A stretch of DNA of 57,228 nucleotides, filler included, from Stramenopiles sp. TOSAG23-3 (Eukaryota), in the NCBI GenBank assembly GCA_900128585.1. It is 6 parts of 6 records of this genome, joined end to end, with 100 filler letters (N's around TTAATTAATTAA, not from the genome) between each part and the next. Parts side by side here need not be neighbours in the genome. Positions count along the whole stretch, not along the records: positions 1 to 17,045 come from LT642464.1; 5 more parts are not named here. One strand, given 5' to 3'. This document shows, piece by piece, positions 1 through 9,910 of this stretch. Each line of letters begins with the position of its first letter. The stretch's first letter is position 1. The position numbers and the translations under genes were made by a program. The notes under the pieces were generated by a model, which was not told where the DNA came from, did not search any database, and saw only the letters and a list, made by a program, of their open reading frames with translations.

Positions 1-2
1 AC

Positions 3-401
3 AACTATCGGAGTAGATCGGCCCCAAGATGTCTGCATACTATGCTAGACACCCTTGCATTTCACGTCGTAGACTTACCTAACCATGGGCAAATCCCCCG
101 TCCGACGCTGCGAGTTCTTGGCTTGATCTACGCAACTCTGGCTAGCTTCGTCGTTGTCCTCTGTCCGTATTATTATTTGTTTTGCTACCACCCCCCCACA
201 AGGAAAATAGTACGAACGGGCTCAGGTTCTGTCGCACCAAAGTATTCAGCACAGAAGATGAAACTATTCGAAGTGCGAGAACTTTATGACAATGAAGAAG
301 ACGCAAGGAATAGAACCGGGACGCCATTGAAGCGATGGGTGTACGAAGTCGAGACGACCAGAAAACCTGGAGAGGCTTCACAAAAGAAGAAAGAAAATTA
401 A
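3..401 (+). CDS. C-terminal fragment of a membrane protein, possibly a GPH/MFS_2-type transporter (5' truncated)
   Basis: Frame is open from the contig edge to TAA at 401. Hydrophobic helix LRVLGLIYATLASFVVVLCPYYYLF follows LDTLAF...GQ, loosely like the last helices of MelB/MFSD2-type carriers. Confidence 0.4.
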   Translation, partial: NYRSRSAPRCLHTMLDTLAFHVVDLPNHGQIPRPTLRVLGLIYATLASFVVVLCPYYYLFCYHPPTRKIVRTGSGSVAPKYSAQKMKLFEVRELYDNEEDARNRTGTPLKRWVYEVETTRKPGEASQKKKEN

Positions 402-506
402 GACTTAGAAGAACAAACAACTTTTTCACTTTTTAGCTCATTTGTATTGCAGAAAAAAAATTACGCACTACAAAAGTAAGACATGCACACAGCTGGCATT
501 TATTCA

Positions 507-3500
507 TCATGCAAAGCTGAGAATAAGAAGCAAAATAAAGTTGACACACATGAAAAACAAGATCCATCCGCAAAATGAGCGGTGGTTTTCCCACTCCTCA
601 GGCTGCCTTGCAAATGAGTTCAACAAATTCGTTGTCTCGTCTGCAATGTCTTTTTCGTGTTCGACCTGGTCTGCTTGCTTCTCATCGTTCTTTGCAATTC
701 CCTTGCCAGCCTCTAAATCTACAGACTCTGCTGGTTTAGCTTCTCCGTCTTTCGCATCCGCGCTCAGAGGATTGCCTATACTGAGGCTCGGGACTGCGGG
801 TGGACCCCCGGCCATCATCCCAACGGGCATTCCTGTTGCTTCTCCAGCCTTCTTCTGAACGCTGCCGATCATTTCATCGAAGCCCGAAGCTTCCCCACGT
901 TCCAGTTTGTCCCGCCATTCTCGAGATCCCTTCCACGGGGGGTCGCGTGGCTTCCCTGGAAACAGCGGAACCGCATATTGCAACGTCAAAAGCGCCTGCT
1001 CTTCTGCCGCGATTTTAATGGTCTCCAGGACCCCATCCAGAACTTCCGTCTGCTCATGCAAGATATGCAACCCTTCTTCGGCAGCTTTCTTTCCTCGATC
1101 TTCTGAGGCAGCAATGTCGGCGAGCCACTCGTCACACGCTTGCACGAACGGCACCACTTTGTTATTGTTAATGACTTCAAATACTTTCTCCTCCGACTCT
1201 TTCAACAACTTCTCTTGCCGTTCCTGGTATTTTCCCAATTCCTTCTCCATCTCTAACTCGTCTTGCGACGATTGGCGGGCAGCCATCGTGGCATCTCGTG
1301 CACAATTCTTCGCTTGGTACTCTACCATTCCTGCAAGGGATCGCCGGGCGTTGTAGATGCACTTAGAAAACTCTCGTTTCATTTCTCTGGTCTCTGGAAT
1401 GTTATCCACGAGAACCTGTCTACAAATTTCAAAATTATTTCGGTAGTTGTCCCGTTTTCCTTGTATATATCCCGATCCCTCCTGCACCCCGTATACGTAC
1501 GAACTTTCTGTCTCAACGGGAGAAATTACCCACTCTACCACTTTGTTGTTCTCCCTGCGAATCTTTAGCTGGAGCCAGCCCTGTGCTGGTAGGCGCCCTC
1601 GACTTTGATCCCTGTACGCCAGGCGACGGTCTAGATAACCGTAAATTTTCTTGTTAATGGCGTCTTGCTCGGCTTTCAGTTTCCCTTTGCGTTTCACTTT
1701 CAAGGCATCGATTTTCGCCTCAAGAATAGACAAACGGTTTGACCAAGTTTTTGCCTCTCCTTCAAGCAACGACTTCTCCGCGGCTACGGCGTCTTTCACG
1801 GCGCAAACGACAATACCTTTGGTGAGGTCAATGACAATTTTCTGATCGCCCACCGTTAGGATGGCTTCTTGTCTGTCGCTGCTGACCTCGAAGTGGCCGT
1901 AACAGACCCTCGGGAGCGCCGGCGCTTCTTTGTCGCTCGCTGCTGCACTGCTAGATGGATGCCCATCTTCGGCGGGCTGGTCTTCTGCAGCCTCCCTTTC
2001 CGCTTCTTCTTCGGTACCCTCCTCCTTCGTTTCTTCGGGGGTGTCGTCGGTTTGCTGCTTCTCTTTGCCTTCCCCGATCTTGACGTCAACCACAGTTTCA
2101 GAACTGGACCCTTCGTTCTGTACGGTAGCGTGTACCGAGTCACTGCTGTGCAAGCTGTGTTCACCGATGCCGTCCAAGCACGTTGCACTACCGTCGATTT
2201 TTCTTGTCAGCCACACGTGCCCAGTCCAGCTGTCGGACCTGGGAATGGGGTTGTCCATCGCCCACCAGTTCTTGAGCTTCGTGTCGTCCCGTTTCTGCAA
2301 AGTTACCTCGTCGAAGCCCATCTTGGCCGCCCTTTTGGTTCTGGCCTTCTTCTCTGGCGTTTTCTGGGGCTCTGAAAAACTTGATCGTTCGCTGGTAGCG
2401 GAGGCGGACGAGTCCTTTCTCGGCGCGGAGTCCTCCTCCCCGCCTTCGCCGTCGTCCTCCTCGGCCCCCGTTTCCACCACAACTTCCAGCTCATGCTCCT
2501 CGTCGCTCTCCTCGTCGCCAGACCCATCGTCCTTCAACACAGAGTTTGCTGCAGCTTGCTTCATAGCCTCTTCTTGCGAAGGCAAAAAATCGAGGTGATC
2601 GGGCATTTCTCCTGCCGCCGTCGAGAACCGCCGCGGCTTCGACTGTTTCTTTTTCCCAGGAATGATAGCCTCGTCGTTTTTAAAGAAACGACTGTTCTGG
2701 TGGACCCATCGCCGCACCCGCTTTGTTTCCTTCCCGGTGTACTGAAACGGGCGACGTTTTGGGTCTAGAAAGTGGGACCACTTTTCCGCCCCATAGTCCC
2801 ACCCTTGGGGATCTGCCCCAGGGTTCAAGTGCACGCGCCACATCCCAAGCCCGTCAAACGTTGGGACCGTTTGCAGGGGCTTGCCGTGAACGTTCACAAA
2901 ATGCTCCTCGTGGGAGCGGGCAACCCACGTGCCGCCCGATTTCTTATGGCACTCCCACATGATCCCTTCGTGGTTAAGCTTTCCAAAGCTGTCGTCACTG
3001 TTTGTCAAATATTTGGACAGGTTTGCCCGTTTGATTACAAATATCGAGCGGGAAGAAAGTCCCTCGAGGCCGATGCCGCTTCCCTTCGAAGTGATAGATA
3101 TGAACTTTCCAGGGGCGGCGGTGGACTCGAACACGACCTTTGTGTTGGCGTACACCTCTTCCGCGAACATAGACTTTGCCGTCAACCCCCTGGAGGTTTC
3201 GTTCGAAGCCCTGATTTTGAAAAGGACCGCTTTGTTGAACCCCCCGTCGCGGGCAACATCGCAGGTTGTTGTGCTAAACACGGGCGCGCCGCTGGAGGTC
3301 GTCAGAAAGCGCCCGCCAACCTTGCTGTGCGTCAAACACCTGATCGTATAGTCCTTGCTAAACCGCACAATATCGTCGTAGTCCTCTGTCCCGTCCGTTT
3401 GTTCCCCTTGGCTTCCTTTGATCGCCATAAGGTCTCCTAGTGTAATGTCCTCGTGCTTTTTCCCATGCAAATAGTGCTGATCGACCCCGAACAGCCCCCG

Positions 3501-3599
3501 TTTGGTCTTGAGGGAACCCCACACGAGGGGTTGTTGCTTACCCTTCTCGGCCACCGACCATATTTCCAAGCGTTCCCCTAACAATAGGTGCCCCGCCAT
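507..3599 (-). CDS. 1030-aa tail-anchored protein: beta-rich N-terminus, DysF-like domain, acidic linker, helical bundle, Q-SNARE-like motif(s), C-terminal TM helix
   Basis: Long GC-rich ORF, ATG to TGA. DysF-type WRV..ADPQGWDYG..W..KRVRRWV. GLHILHEQTEVLDGV is Qb-like. Terminal hydrophobic WILFFMCVNFILLLILSFA. Confidence 0.75.
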   Translation of the reverse strand: MAGHLLLGERLEIWSVAEKGKQQPLVWGSLKTKRGLFGVDQHYLHGKKHEDITLGDLMAIKGSQGEQTDGTEDYDDIVRFSKDYTIRCLTHSKVGGRFLTTSSGAPVFSTTTCDVARDGGFNKAVLFKIRASNETSRGLTAKSMFAEEVYANTKVVFESTAAPGKFISITSKGSGIGLEGLSSRSIFVIKRANLSKYLTNSDDSFGKLNHEGIMWECHKKSGGTWVARSHEEHFVNVHGKPLQTVPTFDGLGMWRVHLNPGADPQGWDYGAEKWSHFLDPKRRPFQYTGKETKRVRRWVHQNSRFFKNDEAIIPGKKKQSKPRRFSTAAGEMPDHLDFLPSQEEAMKQAAANSVLKDDGSGDEESDEEHELEVVVETGAEEDDGEGGEEDSAPRKDSSASATSERSSFSEPQKTPEKKARTKRAAKMGFDEVTLQKRDDTKLKNWWAMDNPIPRSDSWTGHVWLTRKIDGSATCLDGIGEHSLHSSDSVHATVQNEGSSSETVVDVKIGEGKEKQQTDDTPEETKEEGTEEEAEREAAEDQPAEDGHPSSSAAASDKEAPALPRVCYGHFEVSSDRQEAILTVGDQKIVIDLTKGIVVCAVKDAVAAEKSLLEGEAKTWSNRLSILEAKIDALKVKRKGKLKAEQDAINKKIYGYLDRRLAYRDQSRGRLPAQGWLQLKIRRENNKVVEWVISPVETESSYVYGVQEGSGYIQGKRDNYRNNFEICRQVLVDNIPETREMKREFSKCIYNARRSLAGMVEYQAKNCARDATMAARQSSQDELEMEKELGKYQERQEKLLKESEEKVFEVINNNKVVPFVQACDEWLADIAASEDRGKKAAEEGLHILHEQTEVLDGVLETIKIAAEEQALLTLQYAVPLFPGKPRDPPWKGSREWRDKLERGEASGFDEMIGSVQKKAGEATGMPVGMMAGGPPAVPSLSIGNPLSADAKDGEAKPAESVDLEAGKGIAKNDEKQADQVEHEKDIADETTNLLNSFARQPEEWENHRSFCGWILFFMCVNFILLLILSFA

Positions 3600-4325
3600 C
3601 CTTCCTTCCTGTCGTCGTTCGTCCCTGGACTTTCGTGTGGTTGTTTTCTCTGCTGCTGTTTGTCGCTTGCAATAAATATATCTTATTGGGATAGTTTCGT
3701 TTCGTTTCGCTTTGATGTGATTTCTAATTTGTATTTATTATATCCAATGTGTAACGTAACGTATAGATAAATTGGTAGGGCACATTATTAAACCTTTTTG
3801 GGGGGGGGGGATTGTTTGTTGGTTTATAAAAAGAAGAAGTGCATTCATTCACCACCATCTTATATCCTCTTAATATTCATCGGGCTAGAAGACGCTAGAC
3901 GACTCAACTTCCTTCCTTTTAAGAAGATGGTCATATTATTAGAGAGAAGAAGATATTAATTAGTTTAGTTTAGATGATCATCGTATGTGCTATTTCTTTA
4001 TTATTTTAAATGTTTTCATTATTTATTATCTTTATTTATTTAATTTAGATATATACGTAGTAGTCTAAGACTATACAATTTAAACTAATAAAACACACAC
4101 GCACAACAAAGGAACAAAGAAGAAGAGCTGAAAATATAAACAACAACTGAACCGGTAGATCATTTCATACATTATACGATGTATTATGGTATAATAGACT
4201 ATTAATAGGTGGTGTAGGATATGTACATAATAAGATAGAAGATAAACTTCTTTATTTCTTATACAGTAGTAGTCGTCAGTCTCTTTTCTTTTAAAATTTA
4301 GTTCGAGAGGAGAATCCAATTTTTG

Positions 4326-4427
4326 CTTCTTTCTTCTTTTTCTTCTTCTTTCTTCTTCTTCTTCTTCTTTCTTCTTCTTCTTCTTTCTTCTTTCTTTTTT
4401 CTTCTTCTTCTTCTTCTTCTTCTTCTT
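4326..4427. repeat. Imperfect (CTT)n polypyrimidine microsatellite
   Basis: About 100 bp of only C/T, mostly CTT units. Confidence 0.95.
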
Positions 4428-5017
4428 GAATGGTATAATAATCCACATTATTAGGAAGTAATAAATAAATAGACGATTGACTTTACTGACTATTATACTT
4501 ATATACCGTATTTTAATACCGTACTACCATGAGCTTTTTAATACAATATCAAAATAACAACGCACCACAATTTTTATTATTTTATAATAATACAATCAAT
4601 ACAATAACGAGGAATCTGAATGTAATAATTTAAATATATATCTTAACACGGCTTTGGCTTTGGCTTGGGTATTATTAATTAATACCTCCTCCCTCCTCCT
4701 CTACCACATGTAAATAAATACTATTATTTTCATACTACACCTATTACTACTTTTGGTATGAAACCACCACCCGACGACGACGACGAGAGTAGTAGTAGTA
4801 TATTTTTATATATAGTATTTTCAAATTTTGTTCATCTCCTACAATAAGCATTAAAAACAAATCAACTATATATAAAAGCAAATAACAGAATTGGGGAAAC
4901 AAGGTTAAGAATTAATGCATAGGTGTAATGACGTGATATTGATTCACACCGTACGTACATACATACGAACGAATATATAACTTTTGCGTACATACATTTT
5001 ACTGAAGTTCTTTTAGG

Positions 5018-6517
5018 ATGGCTGGGCAGGACGAGGAGGAGAAAGCGCCAGTCGCACCGACGTCGAGAAATGTCTATTTGATGATACTGTTGTGCGCCGG
5101 CTGGGGCCTGTCTGATTCTATTTGGACTGGCACCTTAATCGTGGCTTGGATTTTTTTGTTGTCAGATGGTTCGAACTCTGCGGTGGGGTACATCGAAGCC
5201 GTATCTGGCATCGCAGCGCTAGTGACGGCCCTTCCAGTTGGCTACGTGGCGGACAAAATAGGGCGAAGTCCAGTTATCAAAATGGGGGGCGTCCTTTTTA
5301 TGATTGCTGCAGGAATGACCGGTTACGCGGTTTACTTTAAACCCGACGGGGATTATTATTGGCTAGGTGCCTCCATGTGCCTTTGGGGGGTTGGCGGGGG
5401 GATATTCAACGGACCAGCCCAAGCCCTTTTTGCGGATAGTTTGACACAGGGGGAGCGAAGCCTTTGGTATTCGCGGCTGTTTACAGCATACCTAGCACCG
5501 TCCGTGTTCGGGCCGATCATCGCAATTGTCTTGTTTCATATTTACGGGAACAATTGGACGTTTGATGAATTGAGGCCTATCATTATGATCGGTCTGGCGC
5601 TGGAAATACCCGTAGCCATTGGAGCGTTTTTCTTTCGCGACGATTTGGCGTTGGAGGAGAACCTGTTGAATAAGAAGAAAAAGGGCGAGCGAAAGACGGG
5701 GAAGGGTGGTGGCCTCGAAGAAGGGGGGGGCTACACTGCCATTGGCACGAACGACGAGAACTCTAAGGATGAGGGCGACAGCGAAGACACTCCCCTTGCC
5801 CCCCCCACCGATAAAAAAACCACAAGAGGTTGGTGTGGCTGCACCACCAAGGCGGTGCCGTACATTATGTTTGCCTCCTCTCTCCTGTGTGCCCTGGGCA
5901 GTGGTATGACGATAAAGTTTTTCCCTCTGTTTTTCAAAGACACCATTGAAATGGCCCCTGCCAGTGTGCAGTTGATCTACGTTTTGGTTCCAATAACTAT
6001 GGTGCTGTCTACACAAATTTTGCAGAAAATTGGGTCGGTCTTTGGGCGTGTGCAGACGATGCTGGCTGTTCGGGCAGTCGGCGTCTCATTACTCATGGGA
6101 ATGTCCATTTTGATAAAGAGCGAGTTGAACGAATGGTTTTACTGCGTCCCGATCTACATCATCCGTACGGCCATTATGAATGCCACATACCCACTGGAAG
6201 AGTCCATCGTGATGGATTTTGTCCCAGCCTCCACCAGGGCTAGATGGAAATCCCTGGATTCAATTAGTACATTCGGGTGGTGCGGGTCTGCTGCGTTAGG
6301 GGGAGTCCTGGCTGATAAATTTTCTTACGCTTTTACGTTTCAAATTACTGCCCTGTTGCAAGGCATGTCTGGGGTGGTGCTGATCTTTCTACTGCCCCTG
6401 GTGCCTGTGAATGAAAAACTCGTTGAAGAAGGTGCAGACGATTCAAACTCACCCGAATTGAATATCAATAATAGCTCGACCGTCACCAAGGTTGAACTCG
6501 AAGAACCATTGTTGTGA
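5018..6517 (+). CDS. Major facilitator superfamily transporter (about 12 TM)
   Basis: MFS motif A GYVADKIGRS. Two hydrophobic halves separated by a charged loop. Second-half motifs GSVFGRVQ and GGVLADKFSY. Confidence 0.92.
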   Translation: MAGQDEEEKAPVAPTSRNVYLMILLCAGWGLSDSIWTGTLIVAWIFLLSDGSNSAVGYIEAVSGIAALVTALPVGYVADKIGRSPVIKMGGVLFMIAAGMTGYAVYFKPDGDYYWLGASMCLWGVGGGIFNGPAQALFADSLTQGERSLWYSRLFTAYLAPSVFGPIIAIVLFHIYGNNWTFDELRPIIMIGLALEIPVAIGAFFFRDDLALEENLLNKKKKGERKTGKGGGLEEGGGYTAIGTNDENSKDEGDSEDTPLAPPTDKKTTRGWCGCTTKAVPYIMFASSLLCALGSGMTIKFFPLFFKDTIEMAPASVQLIYVLVPITMVLSTQILQKIGSVFGRVQTMLAVRAVGVSLLMGMSILIKSELNEWFYCVPIYIIRTAIMNATYPLEESIVMDFVPASTRARWKSLDSISTFGWCGSAALGGVLADKFSYAFTFQITALLQGMSGVVLIFLLPLVPVNEKLVEEGADDSNSPELNINNSSTVTKVELEEPLL

Positions 6518-7015
6518 CTTGGCTCATAAAATAAAAAACGAATTTGATTCTTGATGAAGAAAGGAAATAAAGGATACGAGTCATTAATTTTATGTTTGTG
6601 GCAAAAACTTCTTACCAAGGAACTGTAGGTAGACTCTATACAAAAAATAATAATACGCAACAACAATCACCTCTCCTACTTCTCTGCCAGGTCGCGATAT
6701 AATAATGAATTACGATGTTGATGGTCGGTACTACATGGTACGTACCTGTATTATACAATAGAAGAAATACTAGCGCGCGTAGTAGCAGCAGTAGTAAGAA
6801 GAACTATTTCTGTCCGTCCTACCTACTTCGAAAAATCTAAAACTATTTTGGAGCGCTTCAAGACCGTAAAGTGGATAAAGAGAAAGGAACAGTTCCTTGG
6901 TAGACCATATCAAAAACTAAAAAAAAATAGTATTCTACATCGATGCCCTTGTCACCATGGCATAATTCTTAGGAGTATCGACCGACTGCGCGGACACTCA
7001 CACGGAACAGACGTC

Positions 7016-8239
7016 ATGTCGGAGATCGCGCTTTCGACGGTCGACGCGCCGCGTGTTATTGAGCGTCGGCCGCGATGGGCACAACGTTCGGATTACATAA
7101 AAAAAACGTTTGCGAGAAAATATCAGACGTTAACCCAGTGGAATGCAAAAGGGTACGCCTTCTCGAATGCTTTGGAAGACATTGCCACCAGTGTGTGTGA
7201 ACATGCAGCGAAAATATCTTGCTTCAGCACGAGTGAGATGGAGGCCATGCCCGACGTGCCAACTGTTCCATTTATTGTCAACAACGGAATCTCCACATGG
7301 CCAGCGTTCGAAAATTGGACCACCCAGTCTTTAAACGACAGAATGGGCCAGAGTTATTTTCGGCTGGATGACAATCATACAGGAAGAATTCGTTTGGAAC
7401 AGTTTTTAGACTATATGAAGCTAAGCGAGGACGACGCACCGCTGTATATATTCGACTCACAGTTTGCTGTTGGAGCCGATCAAGATCGGATGTCACTTAA
7501 AAACGAGTACGGCCCGCTGTCGTGGTTTAGTTCAAAGGTAGAAAATGACATGTTTTCGATAGTTTTGGACAAATACCGACCACCGTGGCGTTGGGTTCTT
7601 ATTGGAGGGCCTAGGAGTGGAACCAACATACACCAAGACCCGTTAGGGACTTCCGCGTGGAATGCAGTAATAACAGGAGAAAAGTTGTGGGTATTTTTCC
7701 CCCCCAATACCCCTGCAGAGTTACGAAGCCCTTTGGGCACCACGCCCTCCGATGCGTCCGCAATGGCATGGTTTGCAGAAATTTGGCCTAGAGTTTTGGA
7801 GGAATTAGAACGCGAGAGACACGATTCAACCCTAAAACCATTTTGCACCGTACAAAAGAGGGGCGATGTCGTTTTCGTGCCACAAGGATGGTTTCATGTA
7901 GTGATAAATTTGACTGCTTCTATCGCGGTGACCCATAACTTTGCAATGTGCCGAGATTCCGAACAAGTGATTCCTCTCACCGTAGAGAATGAGCCAAAAT
8001 TTGCAGAGAAGTGGATGAAGCGTGTACTCGATTTACCAAGCCTGAAGAACTCCATAGAATCGAAACTGGTTTCGTGCGAAAGTAATGACGGTGCAGCTTC
8101 CATCGAAGGAATTTTGAGCAATTTACCGGATGGAAAAAGCGCAGACGACCACGAAGATTCCGAAGAAGACAACGACGATGACTGGAGTGGAAGTGACGAG
8201 TCAAATGTTGCGTTTTCCGACGACGACGGAGAAGTTTAG
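7016..8239 (+). CDS. JMJD6: JmjC-domain Fe(II)/2-oxoglutarate oxygenase, JMJD6-like
   Basis: RPPWRWVLIGGPRSGTNIHQDPLGTSAWNA and VFVPQGWFHVVINL..SIAVTHNF closely match JMJD6. HxD...H triad intact; acidic tail. First in-frame ATG at 7016 (the track ORF starts at a TTG at 6848). Confidence 0.88.
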   Translation: MSEIALSTVDAPRVIERRPRWAQRSDYIKKTFARKYQTLTQWNAKGYAFSNALEDIATSVCEHAAKISCFSTSEMEAMPDVPTVPFIVNNGISTWPAFENWTTQSLNDRMGQSYFRLDDNHTGRIRLEQFLDYMKLSEDDAPLYIFDSQFAVGADQDRMSLKNEYGPLSWFSSKVENDMFSIVLDKYRPPWRWVLIGGPRSGTNIHQDPLGTSAWNAVITGEKLWVFFPPNTPAELRSPLGTTPSDASAMAWFAEIWPRVLEELERERHDSTLKPFCTVQKRGDVVFVPQGWFHVVINLTASIAVTHNFAMCRDSEQVIPLTVENEPKFAEKWMKRVLDLPSLKNSIESKLVSCESNDGAASIEGILSNLPDGKSADDHEDSEEDNDDDWSGSDESNVAFSDDDGEV

Positions 8240-8812
8240 AGAAATCATTTACTTACAAAACTTGAAAAATAGTGAGAGTGCAATTTGTAAGATAAAATTA
8301 CCACGCTGCGTGTCCTTTAATTTCAAACTGGTGGTTCTCCGAGTGAGTTTTCACTGCGCGTGCTGACATCTATTATAATTATCGATCATTATCAAATATA
8401 TATATTAGTTACTGCTGTGCTTATGTGTATTATATGCTGTTCGTCAAATTTTCCTATATTTTCGTATATTATTTTGTTGAGGTATTTTGCTTATTTTATA
8501 AAACATAGATAAATTATCTATATCATCATCGTATCATTGACGACGGCGACGGAGGAGTGCTATCTATTGCTATTCTTATTATGTACAAACCATCATAACA
8601 ATATGTGTGTAGGAGGAGAGGACGGGAGGATCAATCTGATGATGCAAACTTTCCGTTGGAAAAGAAGGTACATATTTGCATGTGAGAACCATTTCGTAAG
8701 TTTTATAATAACATAAATTAATAGTGCACCGATTGAAAATTTAATAGCAAATGATAAAGATTACGCAGCAGGGAGTTAATATCGCGATGATCCACTTCTC
8801 TAACAGAGGTGC

Positions 8813-9640
8813 ATGATTAGGAGGCCTATGTCATCAAACACTGTAGAAAACCATTATTCGTATGGAGATAAAGGTGCCGGTAATGGCCCCCCGCCCAACG
8901 CCCCGGACATGAAACGGGGCGATGATTACTTTTTCGATGAAGACCATGACCCCGTGCCGGGTGACACAGAAGGTACAAGCACGCAGGAACCACCACCACC
9001 TCGGGTGAATAGACTAAAGAAACTGGCAGGCAAACTGGTTGCGCCTTATAAAATTTTAAGAGTGGCCATTCTGTACGAGCCATCCAAGGGCTGGACGGAG
9101 TACAGTAATGGGCTGTTCGGATGCCAAAATAATTCAAAACTATCGTGCTGTTGCGGGTCTGCATGCCCATGTTGCGTCCACGGCGTGAACGCTAGCGATG
9201 TAGTGTCCGGGAGAGAAGGGAAATGGGAAAAGAGTGCCACTGGCAAGCGGGTTGGGCTTTACTTTGTGTTGCAGCAAGCTTTGGTTTGTTGTATTTGCCC
9301 AGTGTGCGCGGGTGCAGCTGTTCGCGACAAGATTTGGGAAAGCGCAACAGAGGCTGGAGGACAAACAGAAATAAAAGCTGTGCGGGAAAAGATTTCTATG
9401 TGTAAAGATTGTCAAATATTTTGTGCCCCGTATTTGTGTTGTCCTTGCTTGGCCGTGCTGCAAGATAAACGGGCCTTGGCAAAGAGTTTGCCAATATTGG
9501 AAGCGAAAAGAAGAAAATTAAATGCCCCAGCGTTTGCAATGAAGGAGTTCACTTTGCCTGATGACGTTATCGCCAATGCAGAAGAAGGCAACCCCGACGG
9601 GGGCGACCGAACCACAGAGAAAACGGATGACATAATTTAG
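8813..9640 (+). CDS. PLAC8-family cysteine-rich protein
   Basis: YSNGLFGC...CCCGSACPCCVHGVNA, CCICPVCAGAAVRDKI and DC...LCCPCLAVLQDKR follow the PLAC8 pattern. Confidence 0.8.
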   Translation: MIRRPMSSNTVENHYSYGDKGAGNGPPPNAPDMKRGDDYFFDEDHDPVPGDTEGTSTQEPPPPRVNRLKKLAGKLVAPYKILRVAILYEPSKGWTEYSNGLFGCQNNSKLSCCCGSACPCCVHGVNASDVVSGREGKWEKSATGKRVGLYFVLQQALVCCICPVCAGAAVRDKIWESATEAGGQTEIKAVREKISMCKDCQIFCAPYLCCPCLAVLQDKRALAKSLPILEAKRRKLNAPAFAMKEFTLPDDVIANAEEGNPDGGDRTTEKTDDII

Positions 9641-9910
9641 TCAATAACATAACTTTTGCTTTAACTTATATTAAAAAACAAATTATATAGTGTATGAGTA
9701 GTAATTACTACTTGTATGTTTTAAGACTCTCATTTTAAATCAATTTTACTACTTCAAATCCAACCCTAATCAAGTTTAAATTTAGATTAATATCATACTT
9801 AAATAACAGCCAATTTTCTTGATTAATATCATATCTTTTTTAACAAATACTAAAATATAATTTGTGGGTGTAACATCTCTAAAATGTTACGAAGTAATCT
9901 AACTCGTTCT

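Noticed and set aside
4080..4448. Lys/Glu-rich 122-aa ORF
   Set aside because: Translation of the (CTT)n microsatellite in an AT-rich spacer.
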